Of a DNA stretch of 44,277 nucleotides, positions 1-9,892 are shown one piece after another. Numbering within the stretch: position 1 is the stretch's first letter; each line of letters begins with the position of its first letter. This DNA comes from Schizochytrium sp. TIO01 (Eukaryota > Protista > Bigyra: Labyrinthulomycetes). Made by a program: the position numbers and the translations under genes. A model generated the notes under the pieces. It did not search any database, was not told where the DNA came from, and worked only from the letters and a program-made list of their open reading frames with translations. The stretch is taken from positions 1-44,277 of the forward strand of contig SMSO01000016.1 in the NCBI GenBank assembly GCA_004764695.1, in the 5' to 3' direction.

Positions 1-96
1 AGGTTGCGCACAGAAAGTAGGTTTGGAAGTTTGGGGAAGAATTGTAATAATATACTATTAAGAGATTAATAATATGTTAAAATAAAAATTTAGGTT
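1..96 (+). repeat. 3' part of the satellite spacer unit (matches ~35299-35400)
   Basis: aggttgcgcacagaaagtagg...aaatttaggtt matches the spacer in the right-hand array, with indels. Confidence 0.9.
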
Positions 97-3000
97 GCAC
101 GAGGTTCTTGAAGTTTTTGGCTAGCTCCATGCTTATAGAAGGAGGATTTTCGGACTTTGGCCCCTCTTCAGTTTTACTGTTACCGGAGTCCGTGCACGAG
201 GTTTGAAGTTTTTGGGCTAGCTCCATGCTTATAGAAGGAGGATTTTCGACTTTGGCCCCTCCTTCCAGTTTTACTGTTACCGGAGGTCCGTGCACGAGGT
301 TCTTGAAGTTTTTGGCTAGCTCATGCTTATAGAAGGAGGATTTTCGACTTTGGCCCCTCCTTCAGTTTTACTGTTACCGGAGGTCGTACGAGGTTCTTGA
401 AGTTTTTGGCTAGCTCATGCTTTAGAAGGAGGATTTTCGGACTTTGGCCTCTTCCAGTTTACTGTTACCGGAGTCGTGCACGAGGTTCTTGAAGTTTTTG
501 GGCTAGGCTCCATGCTTATTAGAAGGAGGATTTTCGGACTTTGGCCCCTCCTTCCAGTTTTACTGTTACCCGGAGGGTTGCCGTGCTAACGAGGTTCTTG
601 AAGCCTTTTTTTGGGCTAGCTCACCCTGGCTTTATAGAAGGAGGATTTTCGGACTTTGGGCCCGCTCCTTCCAGTTTTACTGTTTCGAAACGTGGAGGTC
701 CGTGCACGGCAAACCTTCCTTGAGCTTTTTGGGCTTGAGCTTCCTGAGGTTATGCTTATAGAAGGAGGGATTTTCGGACTTTGGCCGCCTCCTTCCAGTT
801 TTTAGTTAGCGGAGGTCCGTTGCATCGAGGTTCTTGAAGTTTTTGGGGCTAGCTCTCATGCTTATAAGAAGGAGGATTTTTCGACTTTGGCCCTCTTCCT
901 AGTTTTTACTGTTACAAGAGGAAGGTCGTGACGGGGTTGAAGTTCAGGCAAGGAGGTTCGTTGCCTTGTTTTAACTGTTGAGGTCCCTGCACATTTTGAA
1001 TAGCTCCTAATGCTATATAGAAGGAGGATTTTCGGACTTTGGCCTCCTTCAGTTTTACTGTTACGGAGGTCGTGCACGAGGTTCTTGAAGTTTTTGGGCT
1101 AGCTCCATGCTTATAGAAGGAGGATTTTCGGACTTTGGCCCTCTTCCAGTTTTACTGTTACCGGAGGTCTGCACGAGGTTCTTGAAGTTTTTGGGCTAGC
1201 TCCATGCTTATAGAAGGAGGATTTTCGGACTTTGGCTCCTTCCAGTTTTACTGTTACCGAGGTCCGTGCACGAGGTTCTTGAAGTTTTTGGGCTAGCTCC
1301 ATGCTTATAGAAGGAGGATTTTCGGACTTTGGCCCTCCTTCCAGTTTTACTGTTACCGGAGGTCGTGCACGAGGTTCTTGAAGTTTTGGGCTAGCTCCAT
1401 GCTTATAGAAGGAGGATTTTGGACTTTGGCCCTCCTTCCAGTTTTACTGTTACGGAGGTCCGTGCACGAGTTCTTGAAGTTTTGGGCTAGCTCCATGCTT
1501 ATAGAAGGAGGATTTTGGACTTTGGCCCTGCTTCCAGTTTTAACTGTTACCGCGGAAGGTGCGTGCACGGAGGGTTCTTGAAGTTTTGTGGGCTAGCTCC
1601 ATGCTTATAGAAGGAGGATTTTCGCTTTGGCCCTCCTTCCAGTTTTACTGTTCCGGAGGTCCGTGCACGAGGTTCTGAAGTTTTTTGGGCTAGCTCATGC
1701 TTATAGAGGAGGATTTTTCCGGACTTGGGCCCCTCCTTCCAGTTTTTAATCTGTTTTACGGAGGTCCGTGCACGGAGGTTCTTGGAAGTTTTTGGGCTAG
1801 TCTATGCTTTATAGAAGGAGGATTTTCGGACTTTGGCCCTCCTTCCAGTTTACCTGTTACGGTGGGAGTGCCGTGCACGAGGTTTGAAGTTTTTGGGCTA
1901 TCTCCAGTGTTATAGAAGGAGGATTTTCGGACTTTTGCCTCCTTCCAGTTTTACCTGTTACCGGGAGGTCCGTGCACGAGGTTCTTGAAGTTTTTGGGCT
2001 AGCTCCATGCTTATAGAAGGAGGATTTTCGGACTTTGGCCCCTCCTTCCAGTTTTACTGTTACCGGAGGTCCGTGCACCGAGGTTCTTGAAGTTTTTGGG
2101 CTAGCTCCATGCTTATAGAAGGAGGATTTTCGGACTTTGGCCCCTCCTTCCAGTTTACTGTTACCAGGAGGTCCGTGCACGAGGTTCTTGAAGTTTTTGG
2201 GCTAGCTCCATGCTTATAGCAGGAGGATTTTCGGACTTTGGCCCCTCCTTCCAGTTTTACTGTACCCGGAGGTCCGTGCACGAGGTTCTTGAAGTTTTTG
2301 GGCTAGCTCATGCTTATAGAAGGAGGATTTTCGGACTTTGGCCCTCCTTCCAGTTTTACTGTTACCGGAGGTCCGTGCACGAGGTTCTTGAAGTTTTTGG
2401 GCTAGCTCCATGCTTATAGAAGGAGGATTTTCGGACTTTGGGCCCCTCCTTCCAGTTTTACTGTTACCGGAGGTCCGTGCACGAGGTTCTTGAAGTTTTT
2501 GGGCTAGCTCCATGCTTATAGAAGGAGGATTTTCGACTTTGGCCCTCCTTCCAGTTTTACTGTTTACATGGAGGAGGTCGTGACGAGGTTCTTAAGTTTG
2601 GCTAGCTCATGCTTATAGAAAGGTTTCGGACTTTGCCTCCTCCAGTTTAGTTACGGAGTCGTGCCGATTTGGAGTTTTGGCTAGCTCATGCTGTATTATA
2701 GAAGGAAGGATTTTTCGGACTTTGGGCCCTCTTCCAGTTTTACTGTTACCGAGGTCCGTGCACGAGGTTCTTGAAGTTTTGGCTAGCCTCCATGGCTTAT
2801 AGAAGGAAGGATTTTCGAAAACTTTGGCCCTCCTTCCAGTTTTACTGTTACCGAGGTCCCGTGCACGAGGTTCTTTGAAGTTTTTGGCTAGCTCCATGCT
2901 TATAGAAGGAGGATTTCGGACCTTGGCCCGTCCTTCCAGTTTTACTGTTTACCGGGAGTCCAAGTGCACGAGGTTCTTGAAGTTTCTTGGGCTAGCCTCC

Positions 3001-4188
3001 ATGTTTTTAGAAGGAGGGATTTTCGGGACTGTGGCCCCTCCTTCCCAGTTTTTACTTTACCGGAGGTCCCGTGCATCGAGGTTGCTTGAAGTTTTTGGGC
3101 TAGCTCCATGCTTATAGAAGGAGGAATTTTCGGACTTTGGCCCTCCTTCCAGTTTTACTGTTACCGGAGGTCCGTGCACGAGGTTCTTGAAGTTTTTGGG
3201 CTAGCTCCATGCTTATAGAAGGAGGATTTTCGGACTTTGGCCCCTCCTTCCAGTTTTACTGTTACCGGAGGTCCGTGCACGAGGTTCTTGAAGTTTTTGG
3301 GCTAGCTCCATGCTTATAGAAGGAGGATTTTCGGACTTTGGCCCCTCCTTCCAGTTTTACTGTTACCGGAGGTCCGTGCACGAGGTTCTTGAAGTTTTTG
3401 GGCTAGCTCCATGCTTATAGAAGGAGGATTTTCGGACTTTGGCCCCTCCTTCCAGTTTTACTGTTACCGGAGGTCCGTGCACGAGGTTCTTGAAGTTTTT
3501 GGGCTAGCTCCATGCTTATAGAAGGAGGATTTTCGGACTTTGGCCCCTCCTTCCAGTTTTACTGTTACCGGAGGTCCGTGCACGAGGTTCTTGAAGTTTT
3601 TGGGCTAGCTCCATGCTTATAGAAGGAGGATTTTCGGACTTTGGCCCCTCCTTCCAGTTTTACTGTTACCGGAGGTCCGTGCACGAGGTTCTTGAAGTTT
3701 TTTGGGCTAGCTCCATGCTTATAGAAGGAGGATTTTCGGACTTTGGCCCCTCCTTCCAGTTTTACTGTTACCGGAGGTCCGTGCACGAGGTTCTTGAAGT
3801 TTTTGGGCTAGCTCCATGCTTATAGAAGGAGGATTTTCGGACTTGGCCCCTCCTTCCAGTTTTACTGTTACCGGAGGTCCGTGCACGAGGTTCTTGAAGT
3901 TTTTGGGCTAGCTCCATGCTTATAGAAGGAGGATTTTCGGACTTTGGCCCCTCCTTCCAGTTTTACTGGTTACCCGGAGGTCCGTGCACGAGGTTCTTGA
4001 AAGTTTTTGGGCTAGCTCATGCTTATAGAAGGAGGATTTTCGGACTTTGGCCCTCCTTCCAGTTTTACTGTTACCGGAGGTCCGTGCACGAGGTTCTTGA
4101 AGTTCAGGTTTTTGGGCCTAAGCCTCCATCGCCTTATACCAAGGAGGATTTTCGGACTTTTGGCCCACCTCCTTCGCAGTTTAATGTT
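97..4188 (+). repeat. Tandem array of about 40 copies of the 101-bp satellite monomer
   Basis: Same monomer as the right-hand array; many indels in ~100-3100, near-perfect copies ~3120-3950. Confidence 0.97.
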
Positions 4189-4265
4189 GGGTACTTTGTA
4201 TAGAGCGTGTATATCAAAACGGGTTCGATTCCCGTTCTACCCCTGAGGCAAAGTAAAATGCCTCT
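4189..4265 (+). ncRNA. Degenerate copy of the tRNA-like mini-element plus gaggca/tgcctc hairpin
   Basis: gggta...acggg-ttcgatt-cccgt-tctaccc then gaggca..tgcctc, as at 34829-34900. Confidence 0.6.
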
Positions 4266-4499
4266 TATTCGTTTTTAATAAATATTCGTCTTAATTAGTA
4301 ATATAATTAATTCCAGAAGCCGAAGGTTCGCCCCACTATTCTCGACATAGAGCAAGATCACGCCGCTACGGAGGAGAGTGTCTTGTAATAGAATACAGCT
4401 GGGACCGCTACTGGACTGTTCAACAGGTTCAGATGCCATAAGCGGGGGTTCGACTTCCCCTGGGCTTCAGTATCTAGTTTTTCTAAAATAGCCTTTTTA

Positions 4500-5800
4500 G
4501 CTGAAAAAGTTTACCATAAGTAATTTAATTGAATGAGAAGGTATCATTATGGTAAGCGCGAAAAAAGGAAGGATTGCCGCATAGGTTTCTCAGCTTATGC
4601 GTTGGTATTGCGTTTCTCAAGTGAACTAGTGTATAAACTCTTTATAATAAGGCTTAACAAGACCTAAAACCAGCAAAGATTTAAAAAAAAATTTCTAACG
4701 AAGATGAAGATAGGGTGGCCCACGCCAATGCGCGCAGTAGTTAGAGAGGTAGTAGTTTATTCAATGCTATCGAATTGCGGCAAGGATCATATCTCCTTGC
4801 TAGTAATGGGGAACCGGAGTGGTGTCAGTGCACTTGCCCTAATAAGGCAGTGAGATCGAATGAAATAACTTAGCTGGCATACTCGTATGGGAGGAAGTGT
4901 TGTTTGAGGCATGGAATTCAAGTGCGAGGCAAAGTGATGAAACGAAGTCTGCTTTGCTAGCCAATTCGTAGTATTTTCGTATGCGGATTAGACCTATTGA
5001 ATGAAAGTTTGAGAAAGTCGTCGCGAGGGTACGCGAGTTATATTATATCTAGAGCGAGACGCTTGTCCTAATTCTTTCTAGGCAAGTGGATTGCAAGGTT
5101 GGGGTGTCAAGAAGTTCATGGTAGTTGGAGAGGAGTGTGTGATGTAGTAGTCACCGGTATGCTTGTAGGAGAGTAACTTTTATTATATGGAGAATTCTAG
5201 CAAAAGGAGGGGAGCAGCTTGTATGAGGGTTGTTTTTACTTGTTTGTGATGTCGGATAGGGCGATCTATCTACGTGAGTTGTTCACTTTGTGAGCGACAA
5301 GAGTACCATACGGTATCGAGTCCTGTTTGGGATGTAGTTTTTTTGGTTATTTTATGCGGTTTTGTTTAGAGAAAGTTTATGTGTTGGAAGACGCAGCTTT
5401 ATTAGATTGATTTTGTTAATTCTAATTAATTAGTAATCTTGGTATTTATGAAAAGGGAGTTTAAAAGAGTGGTAAAAAGAAAGGTATGCATTATAAAGTG
5501 AAATAAAGCTTGGTTAGTAATGCGCAGCTAGCTGAGTGGAGTTTCGTGCGCAGCTTTATATGTATGTCTGGAATTATACTACGAATTTATACTTCGTTAG
5601 AGTAGAGACGGGTGAAAGTTATGATGGTTTCAAATTAATCGAACAGGTTGTTGTTGGATAGCCTTAAAGGAGTATCTATCTAAACTAATTATATGCCATT
5701 TAAATGAAATTCCTTACGGGTGTCTTGTGTGTGAAAGCCAAGGCTAGCCTTTGTGTTAGCTTGGTTTATTACAGTAATCGTTATTATACGTATTTTGTAT
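4500..5800 (+). pseudogene. Possible garbled or decayed nad11 C-terminal half (nad11b); no intact ORF
   Basis: Suitable size; broken traces at 5229-5310 (gttgtt..gatgtcgga..gatcta..tttgtg..aagagtacc, reading VV..DVG..DL..FV..KST) resemble the Nad11 GDVGA..ADVILP..EKS segment. Weak, by eye only. Confidence 0.25.
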
Positions 5801-5816
5801 TCAATTCTATTTGTGG

Positions 5817-6524
5817 ATGATTTATAAATTTTTTATTCAGGACTTGGTATATAGGTTGTTTTATGTTATCCTGTCTTTTATTATAACCAGTTTTGTTATC
5901 TTTTTTAAAAAAAGCAATCTTTTGTATATCGTAACAATATCCATTGATTCTTATAGGTTTATTATTCTATCTCCTTTTGAGTTGTTTAATACAGATGTCA
6001 TTTTTAGTATTTACTTTGGTTTTTTTGTTTCACTCGTCGTTTTTTTGATTCAAGCTTATTGCTTTTTTATACCCGCTTTGTACCTTCATGAGCAACGGTT
6101 GGTTCGTTTTTTGCTACTTTGTTTTTTGAGCCTTTATTTTTTTGCGGGTATCAGTTGTTTTGCTTATTTCTTGCCTAAGTTGTGGTGTTTTTTTATTCAG
6201 TTTAGTATAGCGACGAGCTTTTTTTCTATTGATTTCATATTTAATTATTCTTTTTTTATACGCTTTATTATACTTCTACATTTTGGGATGGTTTTTATAT
6301 TTAGCTTTTTCCCTGTACTACTGAGTATCCTTTTTGGTTTTACGTCATTTAGTAGTAGTTTTGTGTTTTATAATAGGCGTTACTTTTATGTTATATTTAG
6401 TATTTGCGGTGGGATTCTATCTCCCCCAGATCTACTTACTCAGGTTATCATCTTCGCTGTGCTTTCAATGTTTTTTGAAGCTGTCCTACTACTTATATGT
6501 TTCTTTAAAAATTTTAAAGTGTTA
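5817..6524 (+). CDS. tatC: Sec-independent translocase TatC
   Basis: YRLFY N-terminus, PALYLHE, RRYFY, LSPPDLLTQ; TTA stop 6522-6524, 4 nt before rpl2 ATG; start uncertain. Confidence 0.9.
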
Positions 6525-6528
6525 TTTA

Positions 6529-7215
6529 ATGCGTTTTCCTAAACTTCTTTCAAAAGGTATTTCTAAAAATTCTGGGAGGAATAATTCCGGAAAAATTACA
6601 TGCCGCCATAAAGGAGGGGGTCATTCTAAAAAGCTTCGTTTGCTAGGTCTTAGTAAAAAGGCGTTTGGTAGTTATTCAATTATTAGTTTTCACTATGATC
6701 CTTTTCGTAATGTATCCCTTGCACTAGTTCAACATTCGGAGTCTAAACTATACTCTTTTGTACTTAATACCTCAGGTATAGAGGTAGGTAACTCTTTTAG
6801 TTTTTCTTCTCAATCAAATGTTACTTATAGTGAGCTTTTGCCAGGTACTCGTTGTTTTGTTTCCTCTTTTCCTTTGGGTTCTTTTCTACATGATGTTGAC
6901 TGTAAGTATGCAAAGTCTGCAGGTTCTTTTTGTACCCTTGTTCAAAAATCTGATAAATTTTGTTTCATTAGGTTGTCCTCTGGTGTTATTAAAAAAGTTT
7001 CTTCTTTTGTATTTGCTTCTTATGGTAAAGTAGGTAATGAGCGTTTTTATCTAAAAAATCTGTTTAAAGCAGGTCAATCTCGTTGGATAGGAAAAAGGCC
7101 TACCGTTCGAGGAGTTGCTATAAATCCTGTAGATCATCCACATGGAGGCGGTGAAGGTAAGTCTTCTGGGGGACGTCCTTCTGTAAGTCCTTGGGGATGG
7201 TTGACAAAAAAATAA
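6529..7215 (+). CDS. rpl2: Ribosomal protein L2
   Basis: GRNNSGKIT, YDPFRN, RGVA(M)NPVDHPHGGGEG, SPWG. Confidence 0.97.
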   Translation: MRFPKLLSKGISKNSGRNNSGKITCRHKGGGHSKKLRLLGLSKKAFGSYSIISFHYDPFRNVSLALVQHSESKLYSFVLNTSGIEVGNSFSFSSQSNVTYSELLPGTRCFVSSFPLGSFLHDVDCKYAKSAGSFCTLVQKSDKFCFIRLSSGVIKKVSSFVFASYGKVGNERFYLKNLFKAGQSRWIGKRPTVRGVAINPVDHPHGGGEGKSSGGRPSVSPWGWLTKK

Positions 7216-7228
7216 ATCAAATTTTCAA

Positions 7229-7393
7229 ATGTTTCTAGAAAGGTCTTCTTATATTTCTGAAAATCAAATTAATAAAGTAGTTAAGATTCACAATGGAAAA
7301 GAATTCGTTGAAGTTTTGGTTATTAAATCTATAGTAGGTATAAAGGCGGGTTGTTTCGCACCCACTCGTAAGCCTCGAAAAAATAAAAAATTA
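7229..7393 (+). CDS. rps19: Ribosomal protein S19 (54 aa)
   Basis: IHNGKEF, S(M)VG..G.FAPTRK; TTA stop 7391-7393; lies between rpl2 and rps3. Confidence 0.9.
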
Positions 7394-7401
7394 TATCCTA
7401 A

Positions 7402-8073
7402 ATGTATTCTTCTATTAAATTTTCAGATACTCTATTCACAAAATTTTCGTATAGTTTTTGGTTTAGTAAAGGTTTGTTGGTATCAAAGGTTATTGATACT
7501 ACTCTATTTTCTTTGGGTTATTTGCCTGTAAAATCTACTTTGAACTTTAATAGTTCTTATTGTTACATTACCCTAGATTTGTTTCAATTTAAGTCTAGCT
7601 ATACTTCAGCTCTTTTTTTGAAAGCAGTATCTCTTTTGGAAAAGCATATTTCTTTGCTTATTTTGGCGGGTATTCCAACTCGCATTTTTATTAAATCGTC
7701 TGCAGTTTCATCTGAATCGTCACTTTTTGAAACTATCTTTAGTTTGGCTTCTAAAGGTTTTAATGTAAGTCATCTAGTGGCCAAAGTTATTGTCACCCTT
7801 CTAGAAAAAACTGCTCGTCATAGTCGAGTGCTTGACGTTTGTTTTAGTACAATTACCCGCGTTTTTAATTCATCTACTAATTCTCGAATCGTAGGTCTAA
7901 AAATTAATGTGCAAGGTCGCGTAAATGGATCTGATAGGTCTAAAAAAATAGTTTTGTCTTTGGGTACTGTGTCCCGTAAAACTTTTATAAAAGTAACTGA
8001 TATAAATCATTCTTTTGCTAAAACTCCTTATGGAGTGCTTGGTGTTAAAGTTTGGTGTTCTTATTCTAATTAA
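7402..8073 (+). CDS. rps3: Ribosomal protein S3
   Basis: GLKINVQGRVNGSDRS, TPYGVLGVKVW. Confidence 0.92.
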   Translation: MYSSIKFSDTLFTKFSYSFWFSKGLLVSKVIDTTLFSLGYLPVKSTLNFNSSYCYITLDLFQFKSSYTSALFLKAVSLLEKHISLLILAGIPTRIFIKSSAVSSESSLFETIFSLASKGFNVSHLVAKVIVTLLEKTARHSRVLDVCFSTITRVFNSSTNSRIVGLKINVQGRVNGSDRSKKIVLSLGTVSRKTFIKVTDINHSFAKTPYGVLGVKVWCSYSN

Positions 8074-8078
8074 TTAAA

Positions 8079-8516
8079 ATGTGTTCACTTCGTCCTAAAC
8101 GTATAAAATTTGCAAAGTATCAGCGAGGTCGTCTTAAGTGTTCTTCACCGGGTATTCAAGATCTACTTGCTACAAATTTGCCTTCTTTTACTTTGATTTC
8201 AACTGAATCTTGTTACGTTACGAATAATCATCTTAGCGTAGCTATTAAGCTAATCAAGAAAAAGCTAGTTCGTAAAGGAATTCTTCGTTTGCACGTATTT
8301 CCTGATAAACCTTTTACGTCTAAAAGTATTGGTGCTCGAATGGGTAAAGGTAAGGGTGCTATCTCCATTTGGAAAGCTAAAGTGTCTCCTGGTTCTGTTA
8401 TCTTTTCTATTTCTGGGGTTTCTGAAACTATCGTAGTAGATGCTTTTAATTCTATATCTAAAAAATTTCCCTGTTCAGTAAAAGTTGTAAAACGTAATTT
8501 TCCAGCCTCATTCTTA
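8079..8516 (+). CDS. rpl16: Ribosomal protein L16
   Basis: PKRIKFAKYQRGR, FPDKPFTSK, ARMGKGKG; TTA stop 8514-8516. Confidence 0.95.
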
Positions 8517-8541
8517 TATTAAGTGTTATTTTTACCCTCTT

Positions 8542-8592
8542 AGTGGTACTCGTAGTATTATATAAATAGGGGTTCAATTCCCTTTGCCACTT
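8542..8592 (+). ncRNA. tRNA-like mini-element (acceptor stem + T-arm)
   Basis: agtggta/tgccact 7-bp stem, agggg-ttcaatt-ccctt T-arm, 19-nt linker without D or anticodon arm. Confidence 0.65.
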
Positions 8593-8605
8593 TACTGAAT
8601 TTATT

Positions 8606-9799
8606 ATGGCACTTACAAAACGAAAAATAAATAAAGAGCTAAAGAATTTTACTCTAAACTTTGGTCCTCAACATCCCGCTGCTCACGGGGTTTTGCGTCT
8701 TGTTTTGGACTTGCAAGGAGAAAATGTTCTTCGTGCAGATCCTCACATTGGTCTTTTGCATCGAGGTACTGAAAAATTGGTTGAACATAAGAATTATATG
8801 CAAGCATTGCCTTATTTCGATAGGCTGGACTATGTTTCTATGATGGCCCAAGAACACACTTATTCTATAGCAGTTGAATCATTGATGAATATTCAAGTAC
8901 CTAAACGTTCTATGTATATTAGGGTTATCTTTTTGGAAATCACTCGTCTATTGAATCATTTGCTATTTATTAGTTGCCACGCGCTTGACGTTGGGGCTAT
9001 GACCGCTTTTTTTTGGGGATTCGAAGAACGGGAAAAACTTATAGAGTTTTATGAGCGTGTTTCTGGTGCTCGAATGCACGCTGCTTATGTACGTCCCGGA
9101 GGGGTTGCTTACGACATTCCTATAGGCTTGTCAGCAGATATTTATAGTTTTTGTGAAGCTTTTCGGGTTCGTCTAGATGAATTTGAAGAGTTGCTAACCG
9201 AAAACCGTATTTGGAAACAACGTCTAGTTGATGTGGGAGTTGTTACCATAAAAGATGCTGCTTCTTGGGGGTTTAGTGGTGTTATGCTTCGAGGTAGCGG
9301 AGTTTGTTGGGATTTGCGTAAAAACACTCCTTATGAAATCTATGATGAACTCGATTTTTCGGTTCCTGTAGGTACAAACGGAGATTGCTATGACCGTTAC
9401 CTTGTTCGAGTAGCTGAGATGCGAGAATCTTTGTCAATCATCGTTCAGTGTTTGAATAATCTTCCACAAGGTTCTGTTAAAGTAGACCACAAAGTGTCTG
9501 CCCCTTCTCGTAAAGAATTGAAACATTCTATGGAAGCTACTATTCAACACTTTAAATACTTCTCTGAAGGTTTTTCAGTTCCCGCAGGTGAAATTTATAT
9601 AGCGACTGAAGCCCCTAAAGGAGAATTCGGTGTATTTCTTGTTTCTGACGGATCTTCAAAACCTTATCGTTGTAAAATAAAAGCGCCCGGATTTGCTCAT
9701 TTGCAAGGGCTAGACATAATAGCAAAAGGACATCTAATTGCTGATGTAGTTACCATTATTGGTACTCAAGATATTGTTTTTGGAGAAGTTGATCGTTTA
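8606..9799 (+). CDS. nad7: NADH dehydrogenase subunit 7
   Basis: [14 protein letters not shown]; conserved C-terminus DIVFGEVDR followed directly by TTA 9797-9799. Confidence 0.99.
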
Positions 9800-9813
9800 T
9801 TTAGGTCAGCTTT

Positions 9814-9885
9814 GCGGATGTGGTGTAAAGGTTAACACTTTAGCCTTCCAAGCTAATTATGAGGGTTCAAGTCCCTTCATCCGTT
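9814..9885 (+). tRNA. trnG: tRNA-Gly(TCC)
   Basis: gcggatg/catccgt stem, loop ct-tcc-aa. Confidence 0.95.
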
Positions 9886-9892
9886 TTTATTT

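Noticed and set aside
100-3100. Divergent ancient monomers in the left array
   Set aside because: Differences are mostly sporadic homopolymer and 1-bp indels typical of unpolished long reads
77-4246. Many 60-107 aa ORFs on both strands
   Set aside because: Translations of the 101-bp satellite opened by indels; the monomer is not a multiple of 3 and clean copies give no long ORF
8542-8592. Mini-elements as mitochondrial tmRNA
   Set aside because: None of the three element types has the G3:U70 alanine identity pair or an A discriminator, and no permuted arrangement is evident
9797-9835. C-terminal extensions of nad7 (also rps12, atp8, cox2, nad1, nad9, rps19, tatC) into neighbouring genes
   Set aside because: Artefacts of reading TTA as Leu
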